A DNA stretch of 47,195 nucleotides from Octopus bimaculoides (lineage: Eukaryota). Shown piece after piece: positions 34,950 through 47,195 of this stretch (its first letter is position 1; every line of letters starts with the position of its first letter). Both the position numbers and the translations under genes were made by a program. The notes beneath the pieces were generated by a model, which made no database searches, had not been told where the DNA came from, and worked only from the letters and a program-made list of their open reading frames with translations. The stretch lies in NCBI RefSeq assembly GCF_001194135.2, contig NC_068995.1, positions 12,233,788-12,280,982 of the forward strand. Reading direction: 5' to 3'.

Positions 34950-35500
34950 AACTTGGAACAAACGTCTTTTATTATAGCCTCGGGTTGACCAATGCCTAAT
35001 CAGTGCATCTGGTAATTGGAAACTATGTAGAAGTTGGGCCCGTATATCTATCTATTCATCTATGCTTGCAGGCATGTAACCTGTATAGCAGATTTATAAA
35101 CAAGGCAAATTTAACTATTCCTCCATAGATTGAGAAAAATTATGAACAGCGTTAAACGATCTTCGAACCGTTTTGGGTTAGCATCATAGGTCTTTACATC
35201 GATTTGCCCAAACTCAGAGAAACAGGCGTACCGTAAGTGTTTAATGTTTTATACCGTATTTAACATTTTATTTAATATCAGAGTCCTGTCAACGGGGATT
35301 CCATCCGCGCAGCATCAAGGCAAATTTAGCTACTTCTCCGTAAGTTGAAAAAAACATGAACAGCTTTGTCCACACAACTTAGCGGTTCGACCAAAGAAAA
35401 GCCAAATTAAACCATGATTAGGCTTGATCGACTGAATATCATCCTTGGCAGAGCCCCAGCGTGGCCATTTTGTCCAAGGAGTCAAACAAGATAAAAATAA
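34950..35500 (+). mobile_element. Fragmented old SINE family B (body about 34950-35045, tail about 35370-35500)
   Basis: tatagcctcgggttgaccaatgcc...ggaaact and acaacttagcggttcgaccaaaga...gccccagcgtggcc. Confidence 0.55.
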
Positions 35501-35935
35501 AAATGAAGTAAAAGGACTGTCTGAAAACCTTTGTTAACGTCATAAGGGAACATGCATTCTTGCCTATCTCCCTTTATGAATGAATGGTTTCGTGCTTCAG
35601 GAAGAATGTAATATTAATGATATTAGCTGTGTGATAATCAGAAAACACTTTTACGTAGTTTTTACAGCATGGTTTCTCATCATATATTGTAAGCATATTC
35701 TATTTGTTTCCATTATACCAACTGCGTCGAAACATCGTATATAGTTGTTATTCTTTAAAGATAGCATTGCTCCGTTAATGTCCACTGCTATGTACAATCC
35801 CACGGAAATATAGCATATACCATCAAGAGGAATCTGCGATATAATGTAAATTAATGACCATATAACAGCCTATACATACATATAGTGAAAATAAATTCTG
35901 AATTTTCTGCAAGCAATAAATACAAATGCTATTAC

Positions 35936-36008
35936 CCTTTCCACAAAGACATGTCTACATTGTAAACTGAAAGTCACTTGATCCTGGTCTTTATTGAAAT
36001 CCGTTAGC
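35936..36008 (-). CDS. Candidate internal coding exon, 73 nt: (x)LTDFNKDQDQVTFSLQCRHVFVER
   Basis: About 45-nt polypyrimidine tract ending ttttatAG (36010-36009), donor AGG|GTAATA (35935), and a single open frame. Protein family not recognised. Confidence 0.45.
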
Positions 36009-37341
36009 CTATAAAAGCACAAAATAAAAATAAGAAATAAAAAAAGAAATAAAATAAAGTGACCTGCTCATTTCCATTTCCTTGCTTGTATTCATGATCT
36101 TTTGACAGAAAAGCCACACATTAGCATGAATATTTTATCACAGACATAGTTTCTTTTATTGTGACATATATATCCCTTTTTGCTTCGGCGTAAATGCATA
36201 TAAAACCGACGCTCTCATACAGGATTCGTATTGTTAAACAGTTTTAACTGAAATGTGTATAGAACGACGATATCGTATATCACATTGACGAAATAATATC
36301 ATTATATAAATCTTTGAAGATAAATTCTTCGACATCTCACAATGCAAAAATATTTCTAGATAATATTATTTTCAACATTTAAAACCATACTGATTTTGGC
36401 ATCTATCAACAGACCACCAAGCTTTTGTGTTTGTCTATTTCTATTCAGATTCCTGTCTTCTCAAATATCTTACGAAGACCGAATTTATAAACCTACAGGC
36501 AGTTTTACGCCGGAATAAAAGATACCCACCTCGAATATATTATTTCTCTTTTACACCACATCCAAAAACTAAAATACCCTTATGACTACGCACCTCATTC
36601 TCCTTACAGAATTGTATGAGCCATCACTTGGTATCAATTTCCTATTAATTCTCTTCGGGATAAGTTTCTTATATTTCCCATCAAATGCTATAACAGACAA
36701 CCATAACGTTTTGCTTGGGAAATATTTAAATGTGTTTCATACGCTTTAAAGGTAGTACTGACATATAACATATTTTTGGAGTACCACCATGTACGAGTAT
36801 AATATATGCCTATGTTTGTATGCTTGGATATCAGTGGATGTATCTGTTTGTAAGTGTTTACGTGTGCATATGTATATCTGCTCACGTGTAAGTGTTTCTG
36901 CGTCAGCACGAAAACATAATCATTATATTGGTAGAAAAGACCTTTTAGAGTTATCATACTATTTCTTCTCAGGAATGTGGCATTCCTATTTCATAAATTC
37001 TTAATGGCCAGGATTCAATATCACATATCTCATTATGGTATTCTTGACAATCTCATTTCAAAGAAATCCGCGTGTCTGATTTATTCTTCAGTGTATGGCG
37101 TCGTTTCCTTCGCAGAATTGTACCTGTTGAAAAGAAACTGTACAATTTGAAATAAATTCCTCTTCAAAGACACGATAAAAAGAAATAAGATGCACAAACA
37201 AATAGTAACAGATAATTCCAGAATTCCTATTACATACACACACATATACATTCAAACATACATTGATACATACAGACTCACATATATACATAGATACATA
37301 CAAACATACATATGTATATAGATGTATGTATACACACACGA

Positions 37342-37374
<33 letters not shown>

Positions 37375-38239
37375 GATATAGATAGATAGATAGATAGATA
37401 GACATATATAGAGATAGATNNNNNNNNNNNNNNNNNNNNNNNNNNNNNNNNNNNNNNNNNNNNNNNNNNNNNNNNNNNNNNNNNNNNNNNNNNNNNNNNN
37501 NNNNNNNNNNNNNNNNNNNNNNNNNNNNNNNNNNNNNNNNNNNNNNNNNNNNNNNNNNNNNNNNNNNNNNNNNNNNNNNNNNNNNNNNNNNNNNNNNNNN
37601 NNNNNNNNNNNNNNNNNNNNNNNNNNNNNNNNNNNNNNNNNNNNNNNNNNNNNNNNNNNNNNNNNNNNNNNNNNNNNNNNNNNNNNNNNNNNNNNNNNNN
37701 NNNATATATATATATATATATATATATATACCCATATATATGTATACATATATGGAGTGATGAAGGCAGAGTTACATATATATAAACAGACAGATATATA
37801 GATATAGATAGATAGATAGATAGATAGACATATATAGAGATAGATAGCTAGATAGATAGATTGTTTGGTTGATTGACTGATTGATTGATTGAGTGAGTGA
37901 GTGATTGATCCAGACAAGTTCAAGGCGGAATTGTGAGAGAGTCAAATAGATGCCGTGTGAATTTGTACTTTGAGTTCAAATCACACCCTGTCACAGAAGG
38001 AAAAACAAAAAAAATTTGAAAGTGACGCTTCTCTCAGGAATTTCCACCGACAGATAAAGTCATTAATCTGAAAATCAATGACAATATATTCTTTTGATTC
38101 CATTTTGGGACCAAGAAAATATGCTTCCTACAATCCTCTCTGATCACCACACACACACACGCATACACATACATTCATGTGCGTTCGTGCGCGCGCGTAT
38201 GTGTACATGTATGTATGTGTACAATGATTCCAGTTTCAG

Positions 38240-38325
38240 TCACAAACTTTAGACAAGTGGCTTCTACTACAGCCGTAGGCCGACCGAAGCTCTGGATTTG
38301 GTTGTCGGAAACTGGAAGCACGCAT
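38240..38325 (+). mobile_element. SINE family B body fragment
   Basis: agacaagtggcttctactacagccgtaggccgaccgaagctctggatttggttgtcggaaactg. Confidence 0.6.
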
Positions 38326-39856
38326 ATCCATGCATGCATACATATATACATACATACATACATACATACATACATGGAGAGAGGGACAGCAATGGACCAA
38401 ATCAATAATACAACGAAATAAGTGAAGCAACATAACTACAAGGGATGTTCATAGTTAATATTATTTGGTTGCTGCTCAAATACGGAACAATGTTATATAG
38501 TGCTAGAGCAATGCGATAACGTTTCGGATAATGCCTTCTGACAATCATCTGTTCACACACACATACACACACACACACACACATATTAATGTATGTATGT
38601 ATGTATGTATGTATATATCTATTTAAATATTTGGTATATTTATTTTTGTATATATTATTGTTTTATATTATTGTTTTATATATTATTTTCTTCATTTTGT
38701 ACTTCTTTGTAAAAACACTTCGTCATTCTCCTTCTTGATAATTTGCTACTTCGCAATGAAAACCGGTTAGAAAAAAATCTTTATTAAATTATGCTTCCAG
38801 TTCAGCATTCTGGCTGTTTTTCATTTTCATATATANNNNNNNNNNNNNNNNNNNNNNNNNNATATATATATATATATATATATAATATAGTTTTAGGGAA
38901 AATAACCAAGTTCCAAGAACTCATCGATGAAAATCCACTATCACATATAGAAAAATTCATAATTAAAAGCACAATAAAAGAGAAAATAGTGACGAAATAA
39001 ATATATATATTCATTTCGTCATTATATTCACTGCGGTGGTATTTTTACCATATCGTTTTAGGCTGGCAATTTAAACTGGTCGTGTGCATACGTTCATATA
39101 TATGTATGTATACGTTCGTATATGTAAGTATTCGTATTATATATATTTGCATTTATGTTCTGTCTGAGTGTATTCCTCTGATGAAGGCAGAACATTTCTT
39201 ATGCAGAGCCAAAGCTTTAGAGTCAAAGTTTGACTGCTATTTCAAGCATGGTGGTATCTCTTAGATACCCTAAATTAATATTATTATATATATATATGGG
39301 AGAATTTACGAAAAAAACAACAGACGAAGACAGGTGGTGTAAACAACAAATGGATGTATTAGTTTAACGCTCGGGAATAGAGAAAGTATATTTATACACC
39401 CTGAACAGAGGAGTTATGTATCTTATGTACAAGTTTAATGAAAATTTAATAAGATCCCAAATAGTGAAGATAGTGAACGATTTCATTCCATTTACTGTGA
39501 ACGGCTATGATTTCCAGTCATAATAAACACACTGGAGAAATCTCTACAAAACTGCAGGTTAGATAAATATGAGTATAACTGAACCGATCCTAAATGGTAA
39601 GAATATTTCCAACATTGTAGCTCGAACATCTATACTTAGCAGCTGCATTCACTGAAATCCGCCATCCTTTATTGTTAAAAATGAGGGATATATCGATTAA
39701 TTTAGTCATAGCTATGCGCAGAATAGAGATGTTACAGCTGGAAGGTTAAATGTCGATAAGGAAGACTTCAGTTGTGATTAAAGCTCAAATTGAGCATTGT
39801 ACAACATATTAATTACTTAGATTTTTATCCTAACTTAGTAGAATAATAATTATAAG

Positions 39857-40530
39857 GGATCTAGTTTAAAACGGGGGCACCAGTATTTTCTTAACGAAAC
39901 ACTAACGAAACACTTTGAAACTTGGGACACTGGTAGAATGTGTCATATAAAACATCGTTTACTCTTAGTCTTCTTAACAAAAAAAAAGGAATTCGCAAGT
40001 CATTCCATGTTAAAGTTGTCGTATTTCTGTAATTTCAACCAATCACTGACGTCTATTCAGCTGAATAGAGTTACTGCTGACCTATCATAAAAATGTTATT
40101 CCCTGTGACATATTTCATCCGGTTTAATCGTAATTTATACGCATATATTGTTTATATAATATATTACGCTGTGCGTATCTATGTGTGTAACAATTTTAGG
40201 GTTCGGATTCTAGAGTTAGGGTTAGTTTTAGGTTTAGGGTTAGGTTTAGGGTTAGGGTTAACAGTCTAGTTAGGGTTAGGGTTAGGGCTAGGGGATTAAT
40301 ATGATATACACCGTTACAGCGCTAACTGTTTTTAACTGAATAGACGTCAGTGATTAGTAGAAATTATCGAAATAAGACAATTTTTTACATGAAATAAATT
40401 CGAATACAAAAGTTTTTTTCTGTTCTATAACACAAAATAGATAAGTATACGAAGTTTGAAAGTCTTTCGGTACCAAAAACACTACATAAAACATTAATGA
40501 AAACTGGTGCCCCCGTTTTAAACTACATCC
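39857..40530. mobile_element. 674-bp foldback MITE with 28-bp TIRs, 8-bp TSD ATTATAAG and internal TTAGGG repeats
   Basis: TIR ggat(c/g)tagtttaaaacgggggcaccagt at 39857-39884 and (rc) 40503-40530, one mismatch. TSD at 39849-39856 and 40531-40538. Confidence 0.92.
40196..40293 (+). repeat. Interstitial telomeric-type (TTAGGG)n array
   Basis: Eight perfect TTAGGG plus variants TTAGGT, TTAGTT and CTAGGG. Confidence 0.9.
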
Positions 40531-41291
40531 ATTATAAGACTTTGTTCGTTTATAGTCAAACCAGGAAGCATATCAGAGCGTTTCGTTTATTTTACTGTGT
40601 TTGTCAGTATTTTTCTAAATTATGTAAGTGTAGCAAGAAGCAGCAGACAGTTAAAGCTAGTTAGCTGCAATCCAAGACATCCAGCGACGTATTTTTAACT
40701 CCACACCCAACCGAAGCCCTGTCAATACGCTGTGCAGTTAATGTTCCTGTTAAAAGCATGAATGAAATATTTTCGTCTCCTTTTCCACTAAAATATAGAA
40801 AGAAGAAAATGAACAAAATATCACGAAATAAATATATTCATGCCTTGACATTCAACCAATCCTTCCATTAAATAAAATAAGACCAAATTAAATTCAAATA
40901 TTTTAATTTTACTTTTTTAACATATCTTTTTTTTCCTTTTTTTGCGGCTAACTTCAAATAAGTTAGAGATGGTGAAAAGTACTTCATAATTGATGCACTT
41001 TTCGTAATCCAAAAACGTTCAACGAAGCTACTTGATAAACAATTTGTAAAACGTATGGATGCCTCATGAATGGCTTTTCTGGAGGCAATTACTTTTCGGT
41101 AGAAGCTAATTTAAAAAAAAAAAAAAACAACGCTGTCTACCATTAAAATTATTTCTTGTAGGTTCTTGCTGCACTTTAAAAATTAGTCTAACTCCTTATT
41201 TCCTGTAGCTCAACACTCGTAAAAGACGTGACATCAATCGAAATTTCAGCGTACATTTGATACTTGATATTAATGGTTAACATAGGACAGC

Positions 41292-41670
41292 AAGCTGGAA
41301 GAGCGGGTAAAATTCTTAGCGGTATTTCGCCCGTCTTCGTATGCTTTGCCTTGTATCCCTTCAGTGATAGATAAATTATGTACAAGTTGATCACTGGGGT
41401 CGATGTAATCGACTTAGCCCCTCCCCTGAAATTACTGGCTTTGTACGAAAAGTTGAGCCCAGTATTAATGTTTAACATTAGACGGCGAGTTGGAGGAATC
41501 CCTCGCACATTGGACAAAATGCATCGAGGTATTTTGTTCTCCAGCTTTTTACGTTGTACGTTCAAATTCCTTTCAGGGCGATTTTATTGTTCTTCATTCC
41601 AAGGGCCAGCAAAATAAATAAAAGTCTAATGTAATCGACTTGCCTAGTCACCTTAAAATTGCCAGCTGAA
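41292..41670 (+). mobile_element. Two tandem degenerate family A2 SINEs
   Basis: cttagcggtatttcgcccgtc...actggggtcgatgtaatcgacttagccc; second copy starts about 41485. Confidence 0.7.
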
Positions 41671-41679
41671 TAGACTAAA

Positions 41680-41790
41680 GTAACATGAAATAAAGTTTCT
41701 TTCTCAAGTACACAACGTATCGCCGGGAAGTGAACTCTCGACCTTACTTTCGTGAGAATAACACACTTACCACTAAGCCACGCACCTTCA
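41680..41790 (-). mobile_element. SINE family D head fragment
   Basis: ctcaagtacacaacg...ccgggaagtgaactc...ttaccactaagccacgcacc. Confidence 0.7.
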
Positions 41791-42799
41791 GCTGAAAGCA
41801 GCCAATACTATTTTAATTATTGTATGGTTCTTACAGAGATGTATTAGATATTACCTCGACAGGATGCTGCCATATTTATTATTATTGTTGCTTTTGGTGT
41901 TTCTGCTTCTAGAACCGCGTCATCTTTGACAGAACAAGTCTATGCTCAATGTTATTTCAGCCTTGACCATCTAATCTGATTCATTCGGAAATAAGTGTTT
42001 GGGACAACATTACTGGACGGCCGATGTCCAGTCTTTCCTTTGTTTGCCAAACTATGCACCACATCCTATCACTCCACATTCCAGCAGTAAAAACATCTTC
42101 AACGAAGTTGCGTCTGTCTCAAATTCCCTCATGCATACGTCTTTCAACGAGACATCGATTTATAGATGTTCAAATCGATCATACAGCATATCGATCTCTC
42201 TTAGGCTACAGTTTTATAGAACCTGCCCGAAAATGCTATCGATCACGTCTTATGGTTAATATATTTTAATGTACGTGTGTGTGTGTGTGTGTGTGTGTGT
42301 GNNNNNNNNNNNNNNNNNNNNNNNNNNNNNNNNNNNNNNNNNNNNNNNNNNNNNNNNNNNNNNNNNNNNNNNNNNNNNNNNNNNNNNNNNNNNNNNNNNN
42401 NNNNNNNNNNNNNNNNNNNNNNNNNNNNNNNNNNNNNNNNNNNNNNNNNNNNNNNNNNNNNNNNNNNNNNNNNNNNNNNNNNNNNNNNNNNNNNNNNNNN
42501 NNNNNNNNNNNNNNNNNNNNNNNNNNNNNNNNNNNNNNNNNNNNNNNNNNNNNNNNNNNNNNNNNNNNNNNNNNNNNNNNNNNNNNNNNNNNNNNNNNNN
42601 NNNNNNNNNNNNNNNNNNNNNNNNNNNNNNNNNNNNNNNNNNNNNNNNNNNNNNNNNNNNNNNNNNNNNNNNNNNNNNNNNNNNNNNNNNNNNNNNNNNN
42701 NNNNNNNNNNNNNNNNNNNNNNNNNNNNNNNNNNNNNNNNNNNNNNNNNNNNNNNNNNNNNNNNNNNNNNNNNNNNNNNNNNNNNNNNNNNNNNNNNNN

Positions 42800-42851
<52 letters not shown>

Positions 42852-42859
42852 GTGTGTGT

Positions 42860-43075
42860 GTGCGTTTTCTCCACCACCACTTGACAACCGGTGTTGATGT
42901 GTTTATTTCCCCACAACTTAGCGATTCGGCAAAAGAAGCCAATAAAATAGGTTCTATGTTTAAAAAAGAAATTACGTACCGGGGTGGATTCGTTCGTCTA
43001 AAATCCTTCGAGTCGGTGCCCCAGTATGGTCGCAGTTTAATGACTGAGATAAGTGAGAGAAAAGAATAAAAGAAT
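42860..43075 (+). mobile_element. SINE family B 3' tail following (TG)n
   Basis: ccaccacttgacaaccggtgttgatgtgtttatttccccacaacttagcgattcggcaaaaga...ggtgccccagtatggtcgcagtttaatgactga. Confidence 0.8.
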
Positions 43076-43608
43076 TAAAGGATCTAAGGATAAGTTAGAG
43101 AAAGAAACTAACTTCAAGAGACTTGATGTCTCAAATACTTTCTAAAACCAAGAAACTATTTTTGTTCACAAGAAACGAATCTGGTTGTTTAAACTACGGA
43201 GTTATTCTATTCGGAGATACACGGATATTGACGGTTAGTGGACGGCTCAAAAGTGTCAAAATTGCTGATTAAAATGAAATTTAAGTTTACAAAAATAACC
43301 TGTCAATATCTATATTAGTGATGAATCTGGAGATCAGAAATTTTCTCGAACGTTCGTCGTCTAAATTGGAATCTGATAAGTACAAATCTTGACATAATGC
43401 ATAAAATATTCCATTATATATGGGATACCAAAATAGTCATGCCCATGTATATTTTGATCTCTTCTGTTCCACGTGACGACTAGTCATATTATAGTTGCCA
43501 TGCGGTTATCAATGAGTTACAGAAAATTATAAATAGTGACTTATTACGAAATGATATTTGCATCTAGAAATTGAAACTGCGCTTGAGAATTCGGTTTCAG
43601 AGTGTATC

Positions 43609-43644
<36 letters not shown>

Positions 43645-44291
43645 CTACATATATATGTATGTATATATACACACTCACACACACACACACTCACACACAC
43701 ACACACTCTCACACACACACACACTCACACACACACACNNNNNNNNNNNNNNNNNNNNNNNNNNNNNNNNNNNNNNNNNNNNNNNNNNNNNNNNNNNNNN
43801 NNNNNNNNNNNNNNNNNNNNNNNNNNNNNNNNNNNNNNNNNNNNNNNNNNNNNNNNNNNNNNNNNNNNNNNNNNNNNNNNNNNNNNNNNNNNNNNNNNNN
43901 NNNNNNNNNNNNNNNNNNNNNNNNNNNNNNNNNNNNNNNNNNNNNNNNNNNNNNNNNNNNNNNNNNNNNNNNNNNNNNNNNNNNNNNNNNNNNNNNNNNN
44001 NNNNNNNNNNNNNNNNNNNNNNNNNNNNNNNNNNNNNNNNNNNNNNNNNNNNNNNNNNNNNNNNNNNNNNNNNNNNNNNNNNNNNNNNNNNNNNNNNNNN
44101 NNNNNNNNNNNNNNNNNNNNNNNNNNNNNNNNNNNNNNNNNNNNNNNNNNNNNNNNNNNNNNNNNNNNNNNNNNNNNNNNNNNNNNNNNNNNNNNNNNNN
44201 NNNNNNNNNNNNNNNNNNNNNNNNNNNNNNNNNNNNNNNNNNNNNNNNNNNNNNNNNNNNNNNNNNNNNNNNNNNNNNNNNNNNNNNNNNN

Positions 44292-44327
<36 letters not shown>

Positions 44328-44328
44328 G

Positions 44329-44365
<37 letters not shown>

Positions 44366-44908
44366 CTTGTGTACTGGACCATGAGAGCTGCATAGAATGC
44401 CTTCTAGAATTCATTTTCATCTGTCTGTTCCACGAGTTCAAAATCCACTGGGGTCAATATTTGCCTTTCATCCTTTCCATGAATATAGTAACGTGTTTAT
44501 TCATGCATAATGCGAGATAATTAATACAAAAAATAACAGGGTCAAAATTTGATGGTTAGCATTATACTCTAGCCTAAAATATAATAATAAGCGCAACAAC
44601 AAATCTGTGAAAACGAAGATAGCGAAGTCGATCTCCTGGAGACATCTACCGACTAATGTGTACACTTCATTGCTTCTAGCTATGAAACGGTGTGTGTAGC
44701 GAATACTTTCAACAGAAATTGTTAATTCTATTAGCAAGCCAGTGGCATGTGGTTATACAATCTATTGTATGGAAGTAGTTATTCAGTTTAAAGATTGCAA
44801 TTTAAAAAGCGAAAGTTATATTAATGACGTAATTTTCTGTAGATATATTGATAATAAAAACCGTCTTATCTGTGGGTATACGCTATAATAATGGGGTTTT
44901 TTGTGCGC

Positions 44909-44949
<41 letters not shown>

Positions 44950-45959
44950 GTTTTGCCCGCTCTACAACAGGTGGAGCCACGTTATATTTGAAACCATGTT
45001 GCAATCGATCATGAAATCGGTAGAAAGCGTTGGAAAGTATGATTCACGGTATCCAGACCGGCTCTGTGGACCTCTGAGTTCGGGTCCGGGCATCAAAATT
45101 TTAACACCAGTCCCGCCCCCACCCTATCAGGATTCCNNNNNNNNNNNNNNNNNNNNNNNNNNNNNNNNNNNNNNNNNNNNNNNNNNNNNNNNNNNNNNNN
45201 NNNNNNNNNNNNNNNNNNNNNNNNNNNNNNNNNNNNNNNNNNNNNNNNNNNNNNNNNNNNNNNNNNNNNNNNNNNNNNNNNNNNNNNNNNNNNNNNNNNN
45301 NNNNNNNNNNNNNNNNNNNNNNNNNNNNNNNNNNNNNNNNNNNNNNNNNNNNNNNNNNNNNNNNNNNNNNNNNNNNNNNNNNNNNNNNNNNNNNNNNNNN
45401 NNNNNNNNNNNNNNNNNNNNNNNNNNNNNNNNNNNNNNNNNNNNNNNNNNNNNNNNNNNNNNNNNNNNNNNNNNNNNNNNNNNNNNNNNNNNNNNNNNNN
45501 NNNNNNNNNNNNNNNNNNNNNNNNNNNNNNNNNNNNNNNNNNNNNNNNNNNNNNNNNNNNNNNNNNNNNNNNNNNNNNNNNNNNNNNNNNNNNNNNNNNN
45601 NNNNNNNNNNNNNNNNNNNNNNNNTATATATATACATACATATGTATATATATATTACATACATATGTGTATGTATATATATATATATATATATATAAAT
45701 GTATATATAAGTATATACATAAATCGGGTGCCGCCGATTTAAGAAGTACCCAATCTTATGGTTAAAGTCAAGAAACTGAGTATCAATATTTTGGGTCGAT
45801 AACTGAAGAAGGATTAGAGCCCTTCTGTGTCTGTCCTCCCTGTACGTTTTGTAGTATTCAATGCATATTTCAGATATATATATGAATATGTGTGTGTATT
45901 TGTTTGTTTGTGTTTGTGTTTGTGTGTGTGAGTGTGTGTGTGTGTGTTTGTGTGTCTGT

Positions 45960-46071
45960 GGCTGTGTGGAGATAGAGGGAGAGAGAGAGTGACAGACAGG
46001 CAGAGACAGACAGACACATAGAGACAGAAGGATAGACAGAAAGATAGACAGAAAGATAGACAGACAGAAGA

Positions 46072-46132
<61 letters not shown>

Positions 46133-46183
46133 TAGATAGATACATAGATACATAGATATTTAAACAGACAGGCAGTCCGACAG

Positions 46184-46242
<59 letters not shown>

Positions 46243-46305
46243 CAGACAGATTGATAGATACATACATACATACATACATAGACAGACAGACTGACAGATA
46301 GATAG

Positions 46306-46344
<39 letters not shown>

Positions 46345-46345
46345 C
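45960..46345. repeat. (ACAG)n/(AGAT)n/(ACAT)n compound tetranucleotide microsatellite
   Basis: Seen directly. Confidence 0.96.
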
Positions 46346-47124
46346 ATATGCATCTACACACACATATATGGTAAAGCCCAATATATATGTGTGTGTGTGT
46401 GTGTGTACATACATATGTGTGTGCATACATGTATGTGTACATATTGGTTCCTAAACTTTCAAGAATGACTAATCCATTATTTGACCAAATAAATGACTGC
46501 ATATTCCACACTCCAGTGTACACTTAATGTGATTCACGAAAGGAAACATTGTGACACAGAGTGTGATCTTGTGGCCAATACTTTCGATTCTCATCTATGT
46601 ACATACAGTCATGATTCATCTATATTGTACTTGAATAAATGACTTCTATCGCCTGAGTCTGCAAACAATCGAATTCTTTTGAGCGAAAATTTAGACGTAA
46701 TCTCCTTGTAAAATCGTCACAAATATAGCTTCTCATTTTCACGTTAAATTAGAACGAAGCTCATTTGAAAACCATCGCATGGTTCCTGTATATGTTAGTG
46801 GTGTTCACTTACACGAAAGCATTCCAGCCAGGTGTACTATCAGAAGAGAACATCCTGCCAGCAATGTGGGAGGTATCAGCTGAGAATACTGTTAGTTTCA
46901 TATACTTTAACCTCAGCCAAAGAGAAACAAAATTATATCAATGTAGGAAGCACTGATACAAGCCAGAAAGGACACACACTCACATACAAACATGCATGCA
47001 TACACACATCATTTCTTCATATGAATACATATATCTCACGGTGGTGCACCAGCATGACCGCAGCCACTTGGCTGAAACACATAAATACATAAATATATGC
47101 ATATATACATACACACACACACAC

Positions 47125-47158
<34 letters not shown>

Positions 47159-47195
47159 GTATATATACACACATATATATATATATATATGTATA

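Larger units (their letters stand above)
1662..45624. other. 16 assembly gaps (N-runs, about 5.3 kb in total)
   Basis: Approximate spans: 1662-1815, 3465-3524, 11309-11523, 12479-12719, 19118-19603, 21160-21879, 22769-22815, 24967-25633, 28804-29200, 30425-30533, 31666-31996, 37420-37703, 38837-38861, 42302-42799, 43739-44291, 45137-45624. Nearly all are flanked by simple repeats. Confidence 0.98.

Noticed and set aside
36449-36585. Strong plus-strand acceptor with short terminal frames (e.g. FLSSQISYEDRIYKPTGSFTPE*)
   Set aside because: No recognisable protein and no linkable upstream coding exon; cannot be distinguished from chance.
37381-37850. Duplicated gatagacatatatagagatagat on both sides of a gap
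   Set aside because: Low-complexity and gap-adjacent; probably an assembly overlap.
40196-40293. True telomere or chromosome fusion scar
   Set aside because: Short, degenerate, single orientation and enclosed within TIRs and a TSD of a MITE.
45050-45136. GC-rich possible hAT MITE end (cagaccggctctg)
   Set aside because: Cut by a gap; no partner TIR or TSD is visible.
45802-45830. CTGAAGA hammerhead-like start (also CTGANGA at 2698, 3062 and minus-strand 7971, 10490)
   Set aside because: No correctly placed paired stem II followed by GAAA and stem I.
42243-46523. Many 200-350-aa ORFs
   Set aside because: They span N-runs and di-/tetranucleotide repeats.
46765-46956. Signal-peptide-like 63-aa ORF and an opposite-strand 67-nt exon candidate
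   Set aside because: The ORF has a non-ATG start, the splice signals are only moderate, and no homology was recognised.

Overview
Eukaryotic, AT-rich, repeat-dense non-coding DNA (intergenic or inside long introns). About 5.3 kb (11%) is assembly gaps, in 16 N-runs that almost all sit next to microsatellites. The SINE families, the microsatellite density and the TTAGGG repeats suggest an octopus or other coleoid cephalopod; this is inference from recalled repeat families, not a database search. No intact protein-coding gene is recognisable. Nearly all ORFs in the supplied track are low-complexity or gap-spanning artefacts, and only a few candidate spliced exons were found. The window holds many copies of at least four tRNA-derived SINE families, plus decayed relics of a Penelope-like element (GIY-YIG domain), an R4/Dong-type non-LTR retrotransposon, a Tc1/mariner transposase, and a 674-bp foldback MITE with an 8-bp TSD and internal telomeric repeats. 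The most notable finding is a nearly canonical type I hammerhead ribozyme on the minus strand (3329-3427), about 700 bp from the Penelope-like relic. Several further, more decayed hammerhead-like motifs are dispersed through the window.
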